The notes under the pieces were generated by a model, which had not been told where the DNA came from, did not search any database, and was given only the letters and a program-made list of their open reading frames with translations. A stretch of DNA of 63,158 nt, counting the filler, from Olpidium bornovanus S191 (lineage: Eukaryota; Fungi; Olpidiomycota): the NCBI GenBank assembly GCA_017911155.1. It is 30 parts of 30 records of this genome, joined end to end, with 100 filler letters (N's around TTAATTAATTAA, not from the genome) between each part and the next. Parts side by side here need not be neighbours in the genome. Positions count along the whole stretch, not along the records: positions 58,036 to 60,385 come from JAEFCI010008931.1; positions 60,486 to 63,158 come from JAEFCI010005109.1; 28 more parts are not named here. One strand, given 5' to 3'. Each line of letters opens with the position of its first letter. Position 1 is the first letter of the stretch. The translations under genes were made by a program, and so were the position numbers. Shown here piece by piece: positions 58,788 through 63,158 of the stretch.

Positions 58788-61701
58788 GTATCGTGATTCT
58801 GTTCCACGCGCGACGGAAGATTTTCTGTTTTTTTTTTTTTTTTTATTTTTTTTTTTTTTTTTCCGGCTCGCCTCCCGGAGACCCGGCAACAGGCGGGCCG
58901 AGGAAGGGGTGAAAGGGGAAAGGGGGGAAAAAATAGAAGGGGGAATGGGGCGGGGAGCGGGAGCGGGAGCGGGGCCGGCGGCGGGGGCGGGGTTTTCCCG
59001 CCCACGTCCCCTATTTCATTTGGCCCCTGGATTTTTTTTTTATTTCCCGTCCTCTTCCCGACCCCCCACCCCTTGCTGGGAGAGAAGTTTCCCTCACGTG
59101 ACTCGCCTCTCTCGGTCGCGGGCAAACTCAAACCCACAACCAGAGGGTGGTAATCTCCCCTCTCTTCCTGCCAAGCACGCAGCGCCCGAACCGAAGGGGA
59201 CGGCAGAGGACCGGAGGATCTGGCCGAAGAAGCCGCGGGGGGGCGCCTACCTCTGCATCGCAAACAGAAGAAACGCTCGCACGATTGCGGGCGCAAAAGT
59301 TTTTTGCCCAGATCGCCTGTGGCGGGGGCGCGCGTGAAAGTGTCGATGCTGCCGCCTTGATAAAATGGTGAACTGCAGGCATAAGTTGTCCGTACAAATT
59401 GCCGATTGCAGGCGTAGCACTGCCGGGATTCTAAAGATTATTGGATTTATCTTAAAACAATAGTAAATTTACAGTTCACATTGATTATTGGTGAGCAACA
59501 TGTTGATTGCTTGATTCACTATAGCTGTTAGGTTCAAAATAGCAGTTTTTTGCTGACAAAGGCACTGTGAGCTTGCGTGGCACGTCATGATTATTTACAA
59601 GAGCACTTGGAGGCTGACCCTGACGTTTCGCCGGAAACGAAAAAAAAAGAGGCAACGGAGTACGGAAGGCCCCACGGGTCACGCCGAATTGTCAGCGAAC
59701 AGGCCCTCATAACGTTTTCCCCCGCACTTGACTGGGTGCGACTCGTGTTCAGTCTCATTAAATCAATTTTTTTGCCACCCACGGACAGACCGGGCTGTTT
59801 ACGCCCGCTCGTGTCGCGCGTAAATAAGGTTTTCGTCATAACGGCGTCATTTGGCAACACCGGCCCCACCAGGCTGCGTATCCGCAAGCAAGCAAAAAAA
59901 ACTCGAGGCGACGGAGGAAAGCAATCAGATCCGCGACCGCGTGAAACGACATACTAAAGCTTGAAGGATCACACCTCCATGGACACTGGGTAACGGAGGC
60001 AAGTGTGCCAGGTAATCGGTAATCTTTGGAAAGACATAATAGGTTGCTTCTTGCGCGAACTGTGTGCCAAATAGTTTTGTAAACGCAGCACGTGCCGCCC
60101 AAGACGCGCCGTTAGCGAGTCAGCGAATGATTTGAGGGCGGCACCGGAATGGCAACAATTTTTGTCCTTGGGATCACTGGCTAGGTTGCGCACGCCTTCC
60201 TAGACTGCACTTTATGAGATTGGCCTGTTGCGCGGAGTGATTTTCTCATCCAGGCAACGTCCAACCAGGCCAAATGGAACTTTTGGTCGTCACTTTAACA
60301 GCTGGCCAATCAACTAGCAGAGAGAAATTTGCCGGCAAGGAATATAAGCAACCTTTCGGATTTTGCATCGTCGCCAGATTCCATGNNNNNNNNNNNNNNN
60401 NNNNNNNNNNNNNNNNNNNNNNNNNNNNNTTAATTAATTAANNNNNNNNNNNNNNNNNNNNNNNNNNNNNNNNNNNNNNNNNNNNCATGAAAAGGAAGAA
60501 GGATGCGGAGGAGGAAGAGGAGGACGAAAAGCAGGGAGCGGTCCGCGCGCGTTCCCACTTCCTCAGTCCTTCCCCGGCAGCGTCTCGCTACTCGCCTTTT
60601 CTGGCGGACTGCGCCTTGGGGCGGGCCCCGGCTGTGGATCCGCCGCGGGGAGGGACAGGGTTTGTTTTGGTTTCGGTTGCGTTTTAGGAGGCACAGCGCT
60701 GCACGGGGCGTGCAAGTGCTAAATGACAACGAAGTGGGGCCGGGGAAGGGTTGTTGGTTTTTTTTTCTTTTTCCCCCCGGTTTTTCGTAGGTTGTACAGT
60801 GGGCAGAACCTTCTTTTCTCGGACCGGAAGTGCAACAGAACGAGCAGGGAAAGGGGGAAGAGCGAAGCCTGACCATTCAGCAGCCATATCCTCGACCCCT
60901 TTTCCTCCCCCCCCTCGCCGCGGCCCCTGCGCCTCACCCGGTATTGTGCGTTTCTCCTTTCCCCCCCATCCCCCCCTCCCCTTCCCTTCCTGTCCTCCCA
61001 TCCTCGTCATTTCGTTCCCTTGATCAATCCTCCCGTTGTGCCCGTTGCCCGCTTTCGGGCAGTCCGCACAACCCCCGTACCCCAGCCTCTTGCCCTGCCA
61101 AACGGCTTCCGTTTCTCTCCCGCTCCCTCCCTCTTTCTCTCTTTCTCTATCTCTCTCTCTCGCTCTCTTTCTCTAGCTCTTTCTCCCGCCCACGCCGGGA
61201 AGTCCGCATCCCCCACCCCCGGTACTCGAGCCTCCTTCCTTCTTCGGCCCCCGCCATTCCCGCGCGGGGTTCCCCGCTGTTCCCCGTTGTCCTCTCTCTT
61301 CCCCCTCCCCCCCCCACCCTCGCGATTGCCGTTTACGGCCTGCGTTTCCGTGCGGCACATCACCTGACGACGGCCTTCGTGCGGGTTGCCTGGCGTGGGA
61401 GGGTTTGGGGGGCGGGCGAAAGCGCGTTGTGTCCGTCGCCTGCCTTCCCCGCGCGTCCGCGGGACCGCCCTCTTCCCCCCCTTTCCCCCCCTGTCCCCCT
61501 CCCGCCCTCGTTCCCCCCCCGTCCCCTCCCCCCCCCGCCTGCCGAACCAAAACCCCCTCGGCGCGCGCGAAAAAACCGTCGCGCTCCACCTTCTCCCGGG
61601 CGGATACTTAACCGGTCGCCTCCCCCCATGCGTCCTCGATTCGCCCGCCTTCCCCCGCTCCACTTCCCTCCGCGACCACCCTCTCCCCGTCCCCCCCGAC
61701 G

Positions 61702-63158
61702 ATGCGCTTGCCGTTGACTTTCGCTCTGGCCGCCGCGTCCGCGTTCGCGTTCGCGTCCTCTGCCAGGGCGAGCGACGGCGCAACGGGGGAGTTCGCGTAC
61801 GAGAAGTTCAGGCCAAACTACCACTTCGCGGCGCCGGCCAACTGGATCAACGGTACGCTCTTTTCCCCCCTGAAAATCTCGTCCGTGAAAGGGCGGTTTT
61901 TTTTTTGTAATCCTTGGAAAATTTGTCCCCTAAGTCTATCGAGTCTCTCGACGTTTCGCTCTCGCAGATCCGTCCGGTATCTATTACGATCCTAATACCG
62001 AGCTCTACAACCTTTTCATCCAGCATAATCCTGAAGGCAGCACGTGGAATTTCTCCATCAGCTGGTGGGTGTTTTCCGCCCTAGTCACGGGTGGGCCGTC
62101 GCGTGGGGTGGGGGAGGGTTCCAAGTTGTCGTGCCGTCCGATTCTTTGTTCTCACTCCCCTGGTCGAACGCCTTGCCCTTGTCTTTTTTCTGCAGGAGTC
62201 ATGCCGTCTCCAAAGACTTGATCACGTGGACCGACTTGCCATTGGCGATTCAACCCGACCCGAAAGGGCTCGACAGTCACGGTTGTTTTACCGGGGATGC
62301 CGTCGCCGTAGGATACAAAGGGCTGCCCACCGTCTACTACACCGCAGCGAGCGGATCCATCCATTACACCAAGGAGTACGTTCGCGGCTCGGAGAAGCTC
62401 GCTATGGCCACCTCCTCAGACAACGGCCGGACTTGGGACAAGCACCCGACCTACCTGCTCGGCGGTCCTCCGGAAGACTCCGACGCCATTGCCTGGCGCG
62501 ACCCGAAGCTCTTCACCTTTCCTGAGCTTGACCGCAAGTTCGGCATCCCGGAGAGCTCGCCCCCGACTCAGTACATGACCATCAGTGGCGGGCAAAGAGG
62601 CAAGGGTGGGCGCCTGTTCCTCTACAGCAGCGACGACTGGGTCACCTGGGACTTCAAGGGATACCTCTTCCAGCAACCCGCCGACGCGCCGACGACCGCT
62701 CACGACGGTTCCGGGAAGGAGTGGACCGCCGACAGCGGGCTCAACTTTGAGGTCGCCAACACCTTCTCGCTCAAAGACGATACCGGCGACGTTTACCACT
62801 TCATCGTTCTCGGAGTTGAAGGTGCGCTCGTTCTCCGGCCGGTTCTGCAGGAGAGGGTGGTCGGAGAGGAGGGGGGGGGGAAGAGAGGAGAAAGGTTTTA
62901 TTTTTCTTGACCGTCCTTTTTTGTTTGTTTTTGTCATCAGGCGGTCGCCCTCTCAACCGGACCTCGAGTCAAGATCTCGGCAGGGCCAATTGGAATCTCT
63001 GGTTCTCCGGAGATTTCGTCCGGTCTGACGACGGCAGTGCGTCCTTCAAGGAGTCAAACCGCGGTATCACCGACGCCGGCATCGCCTACGCTTCTTACGG
63101 GTTTTGGGATTCCAAGGCCGGGCGGAGGGTCCTGTTCGCTTGGCTCAACGAGGACATG
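61702..63158 (+). CDS. Secreted GH32 beta-fructofuranosidase/invertase, multi-exon, 3' partial
   Basis: Signal peptide; RPNYHFAAPANWIN|DPSG (nucleophile), SW|SHAVSKDLITW, FTGDAV, WRDPK, NFEVANTF (acid/base Glu), DAGIAYA...RRVLFAWLNED. Confidence 0.95.

Larger units (their letters stand above)
3258..60485. other. 29 artificial contig-joining spacers (N-run + TTAATTAATTAA six-frame stop linker + N-run, 100 nt each)
   Basis: Same cassette starts at 3258, 6335, 8755, 10341, 12229, 13862, 15385, 17792, 19598, 21325, 23795, 24979, 26294, 30992, 33573, 34802, 35935, 37580, 39086, 40991, 43369, 44978, 48282, 50111, 51265, 52861, 55088, 57936 and 60386. Genes are cut abruptly at these points. Confidence 0.98.

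Overview
This window is not one locus. It is about 30 short (1-4.6 kb) eukaryotic contigs joined by 29 artificial 100-nt spacers (N44-TTAATTAATTAA-N44), so adjacency across a spacer means nothing. The genes are intron-rich and GC-rich, with long homopolymer tracts in introns. Fungal-type genes (UGO1, SIP5, TMS1, caleosin, GH32) occur with a flagellar gene (DRC2/CCDC65) and a CARM1-type methyltransferase. This points to a zoosporic, early-diverging fungus; a plant-associated parasite such as Olpidium is a plausible but unproven guess. Recognisable genes, mostly partial: DRC2, SERINC/TMS1, an HP1/Swi6-like protein, CLPTM1, malate synthase, a PX-domain protein, RPL3, a trypsin-fold protein, transportin, eIF2D, UGO1, a FYV7-like protein, an LRR protein, CARM1, caleosin, histone H2B, SIP5, ERV25 and a secreted GH32 invertase. 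Mobile DNA includes PIF/Harbinger and hAT transposase remnants and a nested LTR cluster at 41.8-43.4 kb. The best find is in that cluster: a miniature non-coding LTR element with a 132-bp LTR (TGTTG...CAACA) carrying a full tRNA-like cloverleaf. The LTR is followed by a half-tRNAiMet primer-binding site, about 100 bp of internal sequence and a polypurine tract. It is inserted in a gag-like ORF that itself abuts a Ty1/copia RNase H with a similar short LTR. Other notable points are a cleanly spliced secreted trypsin homolog with His->Gln and Ser->Ala at the catalytic triad, and an AT-rich island of GTGACGAC iteron-like repeats. All family assignments come from recognising motifs by eye; no database search was run.
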